From a virus (taxonomy: Duplodnaviria; Heunggongvirae; Uroviricota; Caudoviricetes): a stretch of 47,998 nt of DNA. The DNA lies in IMG/VR virus record IMGVR_UViG_2687453188_000002. One strand, written 5' to 3'. Of this stretch, positions 1 through 8,910 are shown piece by piece. How positions within the stretch are numbered: the stretch's first letter is position 1; each line of letters opens with the position of its first letter. Below the pieces are notes generated by a model, which made no database searches, had not been told where the DNA came from, and worked only from the letters and a program-made list of their open reading frames with translations. The position numbers and the translations under genes were made by a program.

Positions 1-1311
1 TTAACTTACTGATTTTAATAAGCCTCTGGTGTCACTTTGGTGACTATGGGGCATCATTGGGACATAATCTGTCAGCTTCTGATTCAGCATTGCGATCTGT
101 TCTGCATTGCTGTCAGTCATCCATGCTCCGTATACATTGAATACCATCTGGGCACTTGCATGGCCCATCTGGCTGGCAATGAAGCTTGGGTTTGCTCCGG
201 CAGATAATGACCAGCACGCATAAGTGTGTCGTGACTGGTATGCCTTTCGATGCCTGATCCCTGCACGCTTAATGGCTGTTTCCCATGAGTCACCTACAGA
301 ATCGACTTTGTAGACAAAACCTACCTGTTCGCTTTTTCTAACCACTTGAGGGTTAAACACGAAAGTACATTCATGGTTCACTGAACGTCCATATTCACGT
401 AGTTGCACCTTGATGTTGTACTGCTTACCCAGTCTTGTCATTTCAGCCTGATTTTTCAGGACACTGATAGCGGGCTGGATAAGGTGCACAACCCTGTTTG
501 TGCTTGCTTCAGTTTTCGGTAGAGTGAACTCACCAAGTTTCGTATAATTGCGCCTGATGGTAATTGTTCCTGCCTTCAGATCGATATCTTCCCAGGCCAG
601 GGAGACCAGTTCACCGTGACGCATTCCTGTGTACACAGCCAATGACCACAGGTTTTTCGTCTGCTGATGTCGGCAAGCATCTATCAGGCGAATAAATTCG
701 TCACGAGTTAGCGGATCTGGCTCTGCCCTGGCTCTTTTAAGAGGCTTAATTCCTTGGAAGGGATTTGCTTCTAAGTAACCGTGATCTGCAGCAAACTGAA
801 ACATTCCAGCGATTGTCGTCATGTAATAATTTACAGTAACAACGCTCCGTCCTTTTGCTGCTTTGTTTTTCATTGAATTCTGATACCCGGTCAGCAAATC
901 TTTCCTGATATACAGCAATTCCTCTTTGGTTACCGATGACACCAGTCTACTGCCTCCAATTTTCGGAACCATCGTTCTTGCAACGGATTCATAGCGATTG
1001 AATGCATTTGCAGAGATTTCCATTCGTTTCAGATCCAGCCACTTTTCTTCAAGTTCCTTCACCGTAATTTCTTTTTTACTTACCCCAAAAGCCTGAAGGT
1101 TGGGGGAGTCAGGGAACTGTGCAGCATAATCAAAGCTTCCTGTGCGGATGGCAAAACATACTGATGTCCGCAGTTCCCCGGCGATCTTCCTGTTCTTGGC
1201 AGTGTCAGGGACACCAAGATTTTCCCTGACACGTTTACCTTTAAAATTAAACCAGATGCGTAATGTGCCGCCGTGGTTTTCGACGCCTGTTGGATATTTG
1301 ACTTTATCCAT
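1..1311 (-). CDS. int: Tyrosine-recombinase phage integrase
   Basis: 436-aa ORF with ATG at 1309-1311 and stop at the window edge. C-terminal catalytic region carries an Arg box (GMRHGEL) and the RHTYA..HxxxQ..VYGAW arrangement typical of lambda-family integrases; sits next to an excisionase-like gene. Confidence 0.85.
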   Translation of the reverse strand: MDKVKYPTGVENHGGTLRIWFNFKGKRVRENLGVPDTAKNRKIAGELRTSVCFAIRTGSFDYAAQFPDSPNLQAFGVSKKEITVKELEEKWLDLKRMEISANAFNRYESVARTMVPKIGGSRLVSSVTKEELLYIRKDLLTGYQNSMKNKAAKGRSVVTVNYYMTTIAGMFQFAADHGYLEANPFQGIKPLKRARAEPDPLTRDEFIRLIDACRHQQTKNLWSLAVYTGMRHGELVSLAWEDIDLKAGTITIRRNYTKLGEFTLPKTEASTNRVVHLIQPAISVLKNQAEMTRLGKQYNIKVQLREYGRSVNHECTFVFNPQVVRKSEQVGFVYKVDSVGDSWETAIKRAGIRHRKAYQSRHTYACWSLSAGANPSFIASQMGHASAQMVFNVYGAWMTDSNAEQIAMLNQKLTDYVPMMPHSHQSDTRGLLKSVS

Positions 1312-1366
1312 CGATACCTCCAGACGCCCAAGAGCGATACGAGCTTACATATTTCATGATATTAAA

Positions 1367-1603
1367 TCACCTGGGTTGTTTGTTTTTCATTGAGGCGACC
1401 CAGGCATCTATTGCTTTTCTGTTATACATACATTCACTGGAAGGCTTTGGATTACCGTCTGGTGATACGTGAATATACTCTCTTCCAACCATCCAGCATT
1501 CTTTCCGGGCCCGAAGAATTGTGCCTGGTTTGAGCCCGGTAATTGCGATAAGAACGCTTTCACAAACCCATTCATTGGGAGCCAGTTGAATCACATTGCC
1601 CAT
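1367..1603 (-). CDS. xis: Excisionase-like small DNA-binding protein
   Basis: 78-aa basic ORF immediately upstream of int on the same strand, the usual Xis position and size. Family assigned from context and general resemblance only. Confidence 0.55.
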   Translation of the reverse strand: MGNVIQLAPNEWVCESVLIAITGLKPGTILRARKECWMVGREYIHVSPDGNPKPSSECMYNRKAIDAWVASMKNKQPR

Positions 1604-1611
1604 GTATTACC

Positions 1612-1758
1612 TCACACAACACTCAGCCCACGGCAGTGGCAACACACTTCAAACATTCGCTTCACAACTTCACGACAGTAGAAGCCGTCAACATCTCGCG
1701 TCAGGTCATAGCGATTGCCGTAACGCTGGTGGACCCATCGTTCAAATGCTTTATTCAT
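1612..1758 (-). CDS. Small hypothetical protein (48 aa, Cys-containing)
   Basis: Short ORF (MNKAFERWVHQRYGNRYDLTRDVDGFYCREVVKRMFEVCCHCRGLSVV) filling the gap between the 92-aa ORF and xis on the same strand; below the 60-aa cutoff of the supplied track, so read directly from the sequence. Confidence 0.3.
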   Translation of the reverse strand: MNKAFERWVHQRYGNRYDLTRDVDGFYCREVVKRMFEVCCHCRGLSVV

Positions 1759-1761
1759 TCT

Positions 1762-2040
1762 TTACTTCCTTTTTATGGCTCGTAATTTTTTCAGGTGCTT
1801 TTCCTGCTCAGTGTCCGCGAGAATTTTGCGGTACTCCTGGTGGTCAATATGTTCGAACAGGCAGTTTAACTCACCAATGCGTACCCGCCCGGATCGTCCG
1901 TCCATCCGTCGAAAGAACACTGAGTGCTCAGTGATGCGAGTAATCACCACGGGGTATCCGGCTCTGTCCGTGTATATCTGACCGCGTTGAATCAAAGCGA
2001 ACATGTGGTTATCCCCATCGACAAATCGAGAACACAACAA
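1762..2040 (-). CDS. Hypothetical phage early protein
   Basis: 92-aa ORF in the minus-strand early-left operon, tightly packed with its neighbours. No motif recognised. Confidence 0.4.
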   Translation of the reverse strand: MLCSRFVDGDNHMFALIQRGQIYTDRAGYPVVITRITEHSVFFRRMDGRSGRVRIGELNCLFEHIDHQEYRKILADTEQEKHLKKLRAIKRK

Positions 2041-2088
2041 ACGCTGCTGCGAATACCACCCCCAGAGTTACGATTGCATCAGGCCAGC

Positions 2089-2847
2089 TCATTGATTCAC
2101 CTCCTGCCTGTCGTCCGGCATTCGCTCACTACAGGTTATCCAACCATCCGGAGTTACCGGAGAGTTGCCCGATAGTGCATTCTGCTCCAGTGATGCTTTT
2201 ACAAACCACGCTGCCTGAACTATAACGCCATGAATCCAGCGCAAATCAGCATCGCGATCTTTCTTTTTCATCTTTTCGCCACTTAAGGCCTTGCTTATGT
2301 GGCTGCGTACCAGGTCTTCATGTAATTCCTTCGCCTCCTCAATGGTGAAACCACCAGGCAGAAGAGCCGGAGTTACCGGAGAGCTGGTTGACGCTTCCGG
2401 GATTTCCCGAAAATTATTGGTTGACGAATTCTTGCTTTCCCGAAAGTTTCCGGACTGAAGCATGGCTGTGCGGCAGGCGTTCCATATTTCGGCAGCAATA
2501 TCGCGCTCGCTATCGGTTAATTTGTACGTGGAAACATAGCCAGAGAGCATTTCTACGTTTTCCGGAGTTGCTTCTTCCGGCACTACCGGCGCTGGCGGGG
2601 CGGCAAATAGATATCCGCCAAAGTCAGGAAGCTCTCCAATGGCCTGCACGAACTTTTGTTTGCCTACGTCAACTCCTAATGGGTAATGAGCTATAATCTT
2701 TGCCACCGGCTCTGCTTCCAGCGATATCAGTGCAATTCGTGCCAGTTCTTCCGCTTCTTCTGCTGGCAGTACAACGTTGCTACCCGGTCCGTATGTTTCG
2801 CGCCACTGCTTGATTGTCAGCAGTCGCCCTTTGGTAATAGTGATCAT
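2089..2847 (-). CDS. Hypothetical phage early protein with internal repeat
   Basis: 252-aa ORF containing a 17-bp exact direct repeat (ccggagttaccggagag at 2148-2164 and 2367-2383) that encodes SPVTP twice. The 3' end overlaps the next gene by 4 nt. Confidence 0.5.
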   Translation of the reverse strand: MITITKGRLLTIKQWRETYGPGSNVVLPAEEAEELARIALISLEAEPVAKIIAHYPLGVDVGKQKFVQAIGELPDFGGYLFAAPPAPVVPEEATPENVEMLSGYVSTYKLTDSERDIAAEIWNACRTAMLQSGNFRESKNSSTNNFREIPEASTSSPVTPALLPGGFTIEEAKELHEDLVRSHISKALSGEKMKKKDRDADLRWIHGVIVQAAWFVKASLEQNALSGNSPVTPDGWITCSERMPDDRQEVNQ

Positions 2848-3392
2848 GCCGCGTTTCCTTCTTTCTTATTAACAATCACACCGTCATATATTTCATTAAG
2901 GTGCCCTCTCAACTCCATGCGCCTTAATGCAGATAACATGTAATCGCATTCAACCTGCTTATTCCCAGTAAATGGCTTATCGTCAGGATTACCCCAACAG
3001 CAATTACCCCTGGGCCATCCATGTACTTTCCGTACTCTTCCGTTAACAACGTGAAGTAATCCCCAGCCGGGAGGTAAATCCTCAACTGAAATAATTTCCG
3101 GCTCACTAATAAAGAATCGCCAGTCGCCCATGCCAAGTGAGGGATTTTTACGGAAACGCTTTTTTCTATCTGCCAACAAGTCAGCACGAGAACACTTCGC
3201 CTCTATCAGGCATGATGCTGAATTTCTGAATCCCATAGCATCTGGCTGTTCTCCGGTACTGGTTACAGCAACAAAGCGGTCATGAAAGCAAACCTTGAAC
3301 CCGTTGCGCTTAAGGAACTTGTACGCAATCTGACAGAGTTCGTGGTGTGTTAACGCCATATCACTCTCCTTTGATGCGAATGCCTGTTGCAA
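2844..3392 (-). CDS. Putative PD-(D/E)xK-motif nuclease-like protein
   Basis: 182-aa ORF with a PD ... EAK arrangement (EQPDAMGF...CLIEAKCS) that fits a PD-(D/E)xK nuclease core. The motif is read by eye and the family is not confirmed. Confidence 0.45.
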   Translation of the reverse strand: MQQAFASKESDMALTHHELCQIAYKFLKRNGFKVCFHDRFVAVTSTGEQPDAMGFRNSASCLIEAKCSRADLLADRKKRFRKNPSLGMGDWRFFISEPEIISVEDLPPGWGLLHVVNGRVRKVHGWPRGNCCWGNPDDKPFTGNKQVECDYMLSALRRMELRGHLNEIYDGVIVNKKEGNAA

Positions 3393-3909
3393 TGCTGTTT
3401 ATGATGCTGTCAGTGCATGGGGTAGAAAGCTGGGCATCTCCAGCAATTTTCATGACCTCAACATCTGCATATCGAATACCGAGGTGTATCAGACCGGCTA
3501 TGCCTGACTTAAGCCGAGCATTTTCCATAAATAGAACTTTTGCCCGCTGTTTTTCTGCTTCAAGCTCAACACGCAGCTTCCCTACCGTTAGCGCAATATC
3601 CTCGTTCTCCTGGTCACGGCGTTTGATGTATTGCTGGTTTCTTTCCCGTTCATCCAGCAGTGCCAGCACGGTAGCCGGGTTAGCCTCTGCTATGAATTCA
3701 GCGTTTGCATAAGCCTGAGCATCTGATTCAATCAGGCAGTTAACATGACATTCCGCAATCACGCCACCGGGTTCTCCTTTCCATTTTTGACAAACAAAAA
3801 CTCCTGTTAAATTGCCGTGTTGGTTAACAGATGTATGCCCTACGATGTAGCTTCCTTTAGTTGCTTTCTCTGCCTTTTCACGCAGTACCTGATAGTTAAT
3901 GTTGCTCAC
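3361..3909 (-). CDS. Hypothetical phage early protein with coiled-coil segment
   Basis: 182-aa ORF; the middle (ERERNQQYIKRRDQENEDIALTVGKLRVELEAEKQRAK) reads as coiled coil. Overlaps the downstream ORF by 32 nt, so the true start or end is uncertain. Confidence 0.4.
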   Translation of the reverse strand: MSNINYQVLREKAEKATKGSYIVGHTSVNQHGNLTGVFVCQKWKGEPGGVIAECHVNCLIESDAQAYANAEFIAEANPATVLALLDERERNQQYIKRRDQENEDIALTVGKLRVELEAEKQRAKVLFMENARLKSGIAGLIHLGIRYADVEVMKIAGDAQLSTPCTDSIINSIATGIRIKGE

Positions 3910-4145
3910 TGGTTGCCTCCTTTACGGATCTGCGCTGCGATGCACGAAAAAAAAGACTTTCGCGTATGACTGTTAAGAGCTGGCGCGAACGCCGCGTTAA
4001 GAACGACGGCATCACAGCCGTCATCGATATAGAGCGCAATTTTTTTCTCCAGGCGTGCTTTGGCTTCCTGCAACTGCATATCCCGGCACGCACGCGGGAT
4101 ATACTCAGCAATTTGAGCGATAGATTTTTCGTTCTGTTTAAACAT
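3906..4145 (-). CDS. Hypothetical protein
   Basis: 79-aa ORF in the operon with 4-nt overlaps to both neighbours, suggesting translational coupling. Confidence 0.4.
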   Translation of the reverse strand: MFKQNEKSIAQIAEYIPRACRDMQLQEAKARLEKKIALYIDDGCDAVVLNAAFAPALNSHTRKSFFSCIAAQIRKGGNQ

Positions 4146-4341
4146 GCTTCACCTCGATAGGCTTGATGGTATCGATCAGCAGTCGGCGGCGAGTATTTTC
4201 TGCAAAGTGGCGGCGTCCGGTTTCTTTGTGGTAAAACTCGTTTTTTCCGACGACCCACATCCGCTTTGTCTGGTGCAGTTTTTTTACCTGCGGACCGTCT
4301 CGGGTGATAACAATTCCTGTATGAGTTTTTATCACGCTCAT
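4138..4341 (-). CDS. Hypothetical protein
   Basis: 67-aa ORF, 4-nt overlap with the upstream gene. Confidence 0.4.
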   Translation of the reverse strand: MSVIKTHTGIVITRDGPQVKKLHQTKRMWVVGKNEFYHKETGRRHFAENTRRRLLIDTIKPIEVKHV

Positions 4342-4700
4342 TTTTTATTCTTCGGTGCTTTCGGCATTACTGCCCAGTGAGTGATATTGACGTTTTCAAG
4401 GTCCCCGACCTGAAATGTCCACAGCCATTCTCCGGTTTCTTTTTGTCCCCAGGTGTACCAGAGAGAACGCCAGCCAATTAGCCAGCCTTCTCCGTTAGCA
4501 TCAAATAACAGAACACTTTCATTTGCTGGCGGCAGTTCAGCTGACACTGGTATTATTTTGTTTTCCAGTGCCGCACATTTAGCTTCAAGCGCATCGAATT
4601 TACGTACCAGGTACTCAGCATTTGTTTCATTCACTTTCAGATCTCGTGGTACACATTTCCCGCGAAGAAACCCTTCCATTTCGAAAACATTCATGCGCAT
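4338..4700 (-). CDS. Hypothetical Trp-rich phage protein
   Basis: 120-aa ORF. Size and position match the protein that follows the HD-hydrolase in the E. coli K-12 CPS-53 yfdP-yfdQ-yfdR-yfdS block, as I recall it. Confidence 0.45.
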   Translation of the reverse strand: MRMNVFEMEGFLRGKCVPRDLKVNETNAEYLVRKFDALEAKCAALENKIIPVSAELPPANESVLLFDANGEGWLIGWRSLWYTWGQKETGEWLWTFQVGDLENVNITHWAVMPKAPKNKK

Positions 4701-5227
4701 TTGCGTAACTCCGATAACTCGTTAAAACGTTCCATAAACATCCCGTAGGCATGGCCTGGTGACAGTGGAATAACTTTGAACATCTCTGTCGCCGGGATAC
4801 CTTCCAGTACAGGCCAGAAAGAGCCATCATCAAGCCCGAGATCGCGACGTTCGGTTGCCAGCATAATGAGATCGGCATATTTCACTGGCGTGCTCATAAC
4901 AGGAGGTAACCCGTATTTCTCACGGATTACGGCGTCTATTTTTTCTTCCATCCGTTTATAGTCAGGAAGAAGGCGTTTCAGTGGAGCTGGGATGTCCTGG
5001 CAATACGCTTCTGTTGCATCATGCATTAACGCTTCAAAAGCAAATTCCTGCGGCACCAGCTGGCTGCAAAGCACCGCATGTTGGGCGACGCTGTAGAAGT
5101 GAGAAAGATGACCGGCAAAGCGACAGATATTTGAAAGGGAAACCGCGATATCGTTAATAACGATGTCATCTTTATTTATCTTGTCATAATAAAAATGCTT
5201 CCCGGAAAAAGTTTTAATAAATGACAT
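4691..5227 (-). CDS. HD-domain phosphohydrolase (5'-deoxynucleotidase-like)
   Basis: HD motif (ALMHDATEAY) with upstream His residues; start taken at MSFIKTF giving 178 aa, the size I recall for prophage YfdR-type HD hydrolases. Confidence 0.6.
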   Translation of the reverse strand: MSFIKTFSGKHFYYDKINKDDIVINDIAVSLSNICRFAGHLSHFYSVAQHAVLCSQLVPQEFAFEALMHDATEAYCQDIPAPLKRLLPDYKRMEEKIDAVIREKYGLPPVMSTPVKYADLIMLATERRDLGLDDGSFWPVLEGIPATEMFKVIPLSPGHAYGMFMERFNELSELRKCA

Positions 5228-5354
5228 TTTGTTCTCCACGTATATGCGCTGCACCGCGCTGAATTTGGGTAAAAGGAAGCCCTCACCATCCGGTGATTAT
5301 TGAGTTAATTACGTTTCCATAAATGCCCCCGCAGGGGCATTTGCAGTAATGAAA

Positions 5355-6179
5355 TCAGGCGGTGAAAGTACCAATAAAGGTTTCTACTTTGCTGTCTTTG
5401 AATTTCTCAACAAGCAGATCACGAAATTCGTTAGCCATATCTTCCTGCACCGCTTCCAGCTGAATAATGCGCAGAACCAGTACAGGGCGATCACCAGTGA
5501 TAATGCTGAGGCGTAATTTAAACGGACGTTCTTTCAGGCCTTCAAACGGAACGCATTTAAACTCAAATGCTACTGGCATAATGTCTTTGGTTTTCGCTTC
5601 GACAGACTCCATCAAAGAGCGTTTGCCGCTGAAGTCATTATCTTCAAAATCAGCGGTCTGGTTTGCTTCAATCGTGATTTTACGGACTGCCGCAGCCGCT
5701 TTTGTTGCCTTAATAGCGTCACCATTAGCATCAAAGCCCACAAGATAGTCGGCCCAGTCTTCAATCCATTCTGCCAGTGACTTCTGGGAGTTACGCTCGC
5801 CGTTAACAGACAACAGAGCAGAGAACGGTGCTGTCTTTTTCAGTTTGAGTGTGGCGGTGTTATCTGCGTGACCTGGTTCACCAATAGTACCCAGGTTAAG
5901 CACACTGACGGCACGCATATTATCGGCATCGATAAAGCAGCGGGTGCCTTCATCTGCAAGATCTTTAGAATAACGGGTAAAGTCATCGATGCTGGCAGTG
6001 GAAAGCGCACCACGGAAACGGAAGCGATTTAAATTAAATTTTTCCAGATCATGAATGCGGAAATTCTCAGGCAATGCCACAGCATCGGCACCAATCTTAC
6101 TGATAATTTCATTAACACCCTGAGCAGAAATAAGGGCATGGATTTGATTAATTGCGGTTGCGTCTAAGTTCTGAGACAT
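5355..6179 (-). CDS. Conserved prophage protein (YfdQ-like)
   Basis: 274-aa ORF; length and position next to the HD hydrolase match the yfdQ-yfdR pairing in CPS-53-type prophages. Identity is by recollection, not search. Confidence 0.5.
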   Translation of the reverse strand: MSQNLDATAINQIHALISAQGVNEIISKIGADAVALPENFRIHDLEKFNLNRFRFRGALSTASIDDFTRYSKDLADEGTRCFIDADNMRAVSVLNLGTIGEPGHADNTATLKLKKTAPFSALLSVNGERNSQKSLAEWIEDWADYLVGFDANGDAIKATKAAAAVRKITIEANQTADFEDNDFSGKRSLMESVEAKTKDIMPVAFEFKCVPFEGLKERPFKLRLSIITGDRPVLVLRIIQLEAVQEDMANEFRDLLVEKFKDSKVETFIGTFTA

Positions 6180-6244
6180 AATAAGTCCTCACTATATTAA
6201 GATATTCAGTGATGAGATAAATAATCAGTTAATTAAGAACGATA

Positions 6245-6607
6245 TTAATGACCTGCTGCGCGGAGTTTTCCGTCAGGTTCACCGGCAAGAGTCAGTAATT
6301 GTCCCTGGTCTTCCTGCAGAATAGTCAGGCGACCACCTCGATTGACATACATCGGCGTTTCGGTGGTGTCTTCTTCGGAGATTTTCCCGCGGTTAGTCGG
6401 GCGAACATATGAGAGTTTGTGTTTGATTTTCACACGGTTCTCATCAAACGGTTCGATGTCCAGATTGACCGAGACTTTACCTTTGTTTTTCGTGTTCATC
6501 ACACCGGAAGCGACTTCACTGAGAACTGCGCCGAGTTTGGTTTCAAATACGCCGCCGTCCAGTTCTACGATAAATACCTGCACATCAGTACTGCGTACGC
6601 TAGCCAT
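6245..6607 (-). CDS. Hypothetical early protein (YfdP-like by position)
   Basis: Start taken at internal ATG (MASVRSTDVQ...) giving 120 aa. The longer 197-aa frame upstream has a low-complexity Cys/Arg-rich extension that looks non-coding. Confidence 0.45.
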   Translation of the reverse strand: MASVRSTDVQVFIVELDGGVFETKLGAVLSEVASGVMNTKNKGKVSVNLDIEPFDENRVKIKHKLSYVRPTNRGKISEEDTTETPMYVNRGGRLTILQEDQGQLLTLAGEPDGKLRAAGH

Positions 6608-7205
6608 TTTGCTGCTCCTCATCATACCGACCCTGCAAGGTCGGTTGGTTTCTCCACAAAACAGAGAAGAACACCTGCGGTGACAGCCGCCCGGATGGAT
6701 TGGGTTATGAGCCCGTCGTCCGGTGATGCTCTTCTCTGTTTTGTAAAAAGAGCGGTACCAGCCGGAAGCAAGGGTACAAACTGGTACCGCCAAAGCAGTG
6801 GCTGTTGTGGTGGGGTTGTCACTCAGGCGTATGGTCAACCTGACAATCCGGTGTCCTCAACGGGGAAAGAGTAACCCCGCCATACTTACCGCCGCGCCAT
6901 TTCGCGGATTACCACAACGCTGAGAGCACTTAGCCAGTTACGGCACCACACTTTGTCGCGGTTCCATAAATGCCCTCATCGTTGCACCCTGGTCTCTTCC
7001 CAGGCGTCAAACCGGATCGCCACGCTGGTTAGGCGTCTTATCAGCATCATCATTGACTTGCACATTCCGGCTACCTGGTTTGTTTGCCCGAGCAAGGAGT
7101 GGATTGTCCCCTTTAACGTCACCAGACCGCTAACGACGCATGTGCCATACGCCGTGTTACAACCAAATTTTGTTAGTACCTTGTTTGTATGTCTGGAAAG
7201 AAAGA

Positions 7206-7244
7206 TAAAATGAAGTTGCGCATTATGCAAGTGTTTTTATTGCG
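7206..7244. promoter_or_regulatory. Putative left operator/promoter (OL/PL): two TTGC-N7-GCAA palindromes
   Basis: ttgcgcattatgcaa (7206-7220) and ttgcgagatatgcaa (7230-7244), centres about 24 bp apart, just downstream of the cI 3' end and upstream of the leftward operon. The same palindrome recurs in the cI-cro intergenic region. Confidence 0.5.
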
Positions 7245-7309
7245 AGATATGCAATTTGGTGGGTAATGAAAAGCCACCTTCTGGTGGCTAATTGATGTTG
7301 AGGTAGGGG

Positions 7310-8002
7310 TTAATTGTGTCGCTTAAGGGTTTGTGACTGACTGATTAAGACCTTTCCAAAGACCATAAACCGATGTTCGTTTTCGCTGGTAATTCCCCAT
7401 TCGCGGTAAATCTGATTATCAGAAATTACCAGCAGTTTATCAGGTATCATTTGCAGTCGTTTGACGTAAATTTTATCATCAAAACCAAATACATATATAC
7501 CATCCCCATCAAACTGATTGATACTGATATCAACGAAGATGAGATCTCCTGGCTCAATGGTTGGACACATACTGTCCCCACGAACGTTGATAACTTTAAT
7601 GTGATTGGCTGGCCGTCCGCCAAACATCGATACAGCATTATCAGTTCTGTATTCAATGGCATGAATCACATCAATGACATCACCGCCCTGGATAAGGCCA
7701 TTTCCCGCACTGGCACTGACATCCAGCATTTCAATACGGAATACATCCTTCACCTGCGCAACATCCTCACCAATACTGTTTTTACATACAGTATTACTTT
7801 TGACGTCTGAGGTAAAGAGATCAGCGATATCAACACCTAAGCTCCTGGCAATATTACTCAGGGCTTGTTCAGTGAATTGTTTCTGCTTACCTGTTTCCAG
7901 GCGTGAGATATTCGCCGCATCCACTCCTATTGCTTCAGCGAGATCGGCGATTTTCATGTTCTTCGCCTGGCGAAGTTGTCTGACTCGGTTTCCTATGTTC
8001 AT
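7310..8002 (-). CDS. cI: CI-type repressor (HTH plus LexA-like S24 peptidase domain)
   Basis: 230 aa. N-terminal XRE-type HTH (VRQLRQAKNMKIADLAEAIGVDAANISRLETG) and C-terminal S24 signature (GDSMCPTIEPGDLIFVD ... KRL), divergent from cro. Confidence 0.85.
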   Translation of the reverse strand: MNIGNRVRQLRQAKNMKIADLAEAIGVDAANISRLETGKQKQFTEQALSNIARSLGVDIADLFTSDVKSNTVCKNSIGEDVAQVKDVFRIEMLDVSASAGNGLIQGGDVIDVIHAIEYRTDNAVSMFGGRPANHIKVINVRGDSMCPTIEPGDLIFVDISINQFDGDGIYVFGFDDKIYVKRLQMIPDKLLVISDNQIYREWGITSENEHRFMVFGKVLISQSQTLKRHN

Positions 8003-8099
8003 GCGTTTATTACATTTCTTTATTGCGCGTTAAGCAAATCAACTTGCGCAAAATATTTGCGTGAAATAATATGCTCATCACGCAATATGTGGAGGTTAT
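8003..8099. promoter_or_regulatory. Putative OR/PR/PRM immunity control region
   Basis: 97-bp divergent intergenic region. Perfect TTGC-N7-GCAA site at 8023-8037, palindromic ttgcgcaa at 8045-8052, near-match aTGC-N7-GCAA at 8071-8085, and GGAGG Shine-Dalgarno at 8091-8095 before the cro ATG. Confidence 0.6.
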
Positions 8100-8360
8100 A
8101 TGCAATCACCATTACGGAATGTGCGTAAGGCGCACGGATTTACTTTGCAGCATGTTGCTGCGGGCGTTCAGGTCAATCCAGCGACGCTGAGTCGTATTGA
8201 AAGACTGGAACAAATTCCATCTATCGATCTTGCAGAACGTCTGGCCAATTTTTTTAAGGGTGAAATCAGCGAAATGCAGATTCTTTATCCGGCACGTTTT
8301 CAATCTAGCCAAAACCAGAATGGGTTTAAACCACAGGAACAGGAGGTAAGCCGTGGGTAA
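8100..8360 (+). CDS. cro: Cro-like HTH regulator
   Basis: 86-aa ORF with HTH (HGFTLQHVAAGVQVNPATLSRIER) transcribed divergently from cI. Confidence 0.7.
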   Translation: MQSPLRNVRKAHGFTLQHVAAGVQVNPATLSRIERLEQIPSIDLAERLANFFKGEISEMQILYPARFQSSQNQNGFKPQEQEVSRG

Positions 8361-8910
8361 TCATCACTGGAAAGTGGAAAAACAGCCTGAGTGGTACGTG
8401 AAAGCTGTCAGAAAAACTATCGCGGCGTTGCCGGGGGGTTACGCTGAAGCTGCTGAGTGGCTGGATGTAACAGAGAACGCATTATTCAACCGCCTTCGTG
8501 CAGATGGCGATCAGATTTTCCCGCTGGGATGGGCAATGGTTTTACAGCGTGCGGCTGGCACTCACTACATTGCGGATGCTGTCGCACAGTCTGCTGGTGG
8601 GGTGTTCGTATCGCTTCCTGAAATTGAGGCAGTAGAGAACGCCGATATAAACCAGCGCCTGCTGGAAGTCATTGAACAGATCGGCAGTTATTCCAGACAG
8701 ATTCGTTCAGCAATCGAAGACGGTGTAGTGGAACCGCATGAGAAGACAGCAATTAACGACGAACTGTATCTTTCAATTTCGAAGCTCCAGGAGCATGCAG
8801 CACTGGTCTACAAAATCTTCTGCGCTCCAGAAAAGAGTAACGCCCGCGAGTGTGCAGCTCCGGGCGTCGTGGCGTCGATTGCTTCTGGTTGTGGAGAAAC
8901 TAACGCATGA
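8353..8910 (+). CDS. CII-like phage regulatory protein (CII/YdaT-type)
   Basis: 185-aa ORF right after cro with a GTG start behind an AGGAGG Shine-Dalgarno. Position is that of cII; family assigned by position and general resemblance only. Confidence 0.45.
   Translation: MGNHHWKVEKQPEWYVKAVRKTIAALPGGYAEAAEWLDVTENALFNRLRADGDQIFPLGWAMVLQRAAGTHYIADAVAQSAGGVFVSLPEIEAVENADINQRLLEVIEQIGSYSRQIRSAIEDGVVEPHEKTAINDELYLSISKLQEHAALVYKIFCAPEKSNARECAAPGVVASIASGCGETNA

Noticed and set aside
1596-1934. 112-aa plus-strand ORF near int and xis
   Set aside because: Antisense to the compact minus-strand early operon, with no ribosome-binding site; the minus-strand genes explain the region.
6976-7230. 84-aa minus-strand ORF as a candidate N antiterminator
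   Set aside because: It has no Arg-rich N-terminal motif, its composition is low-complexity, and it overlaps the putative OL/PL operator palindromes, so it would be transcribed from within its own promoter region. Treated as non-coding leader.
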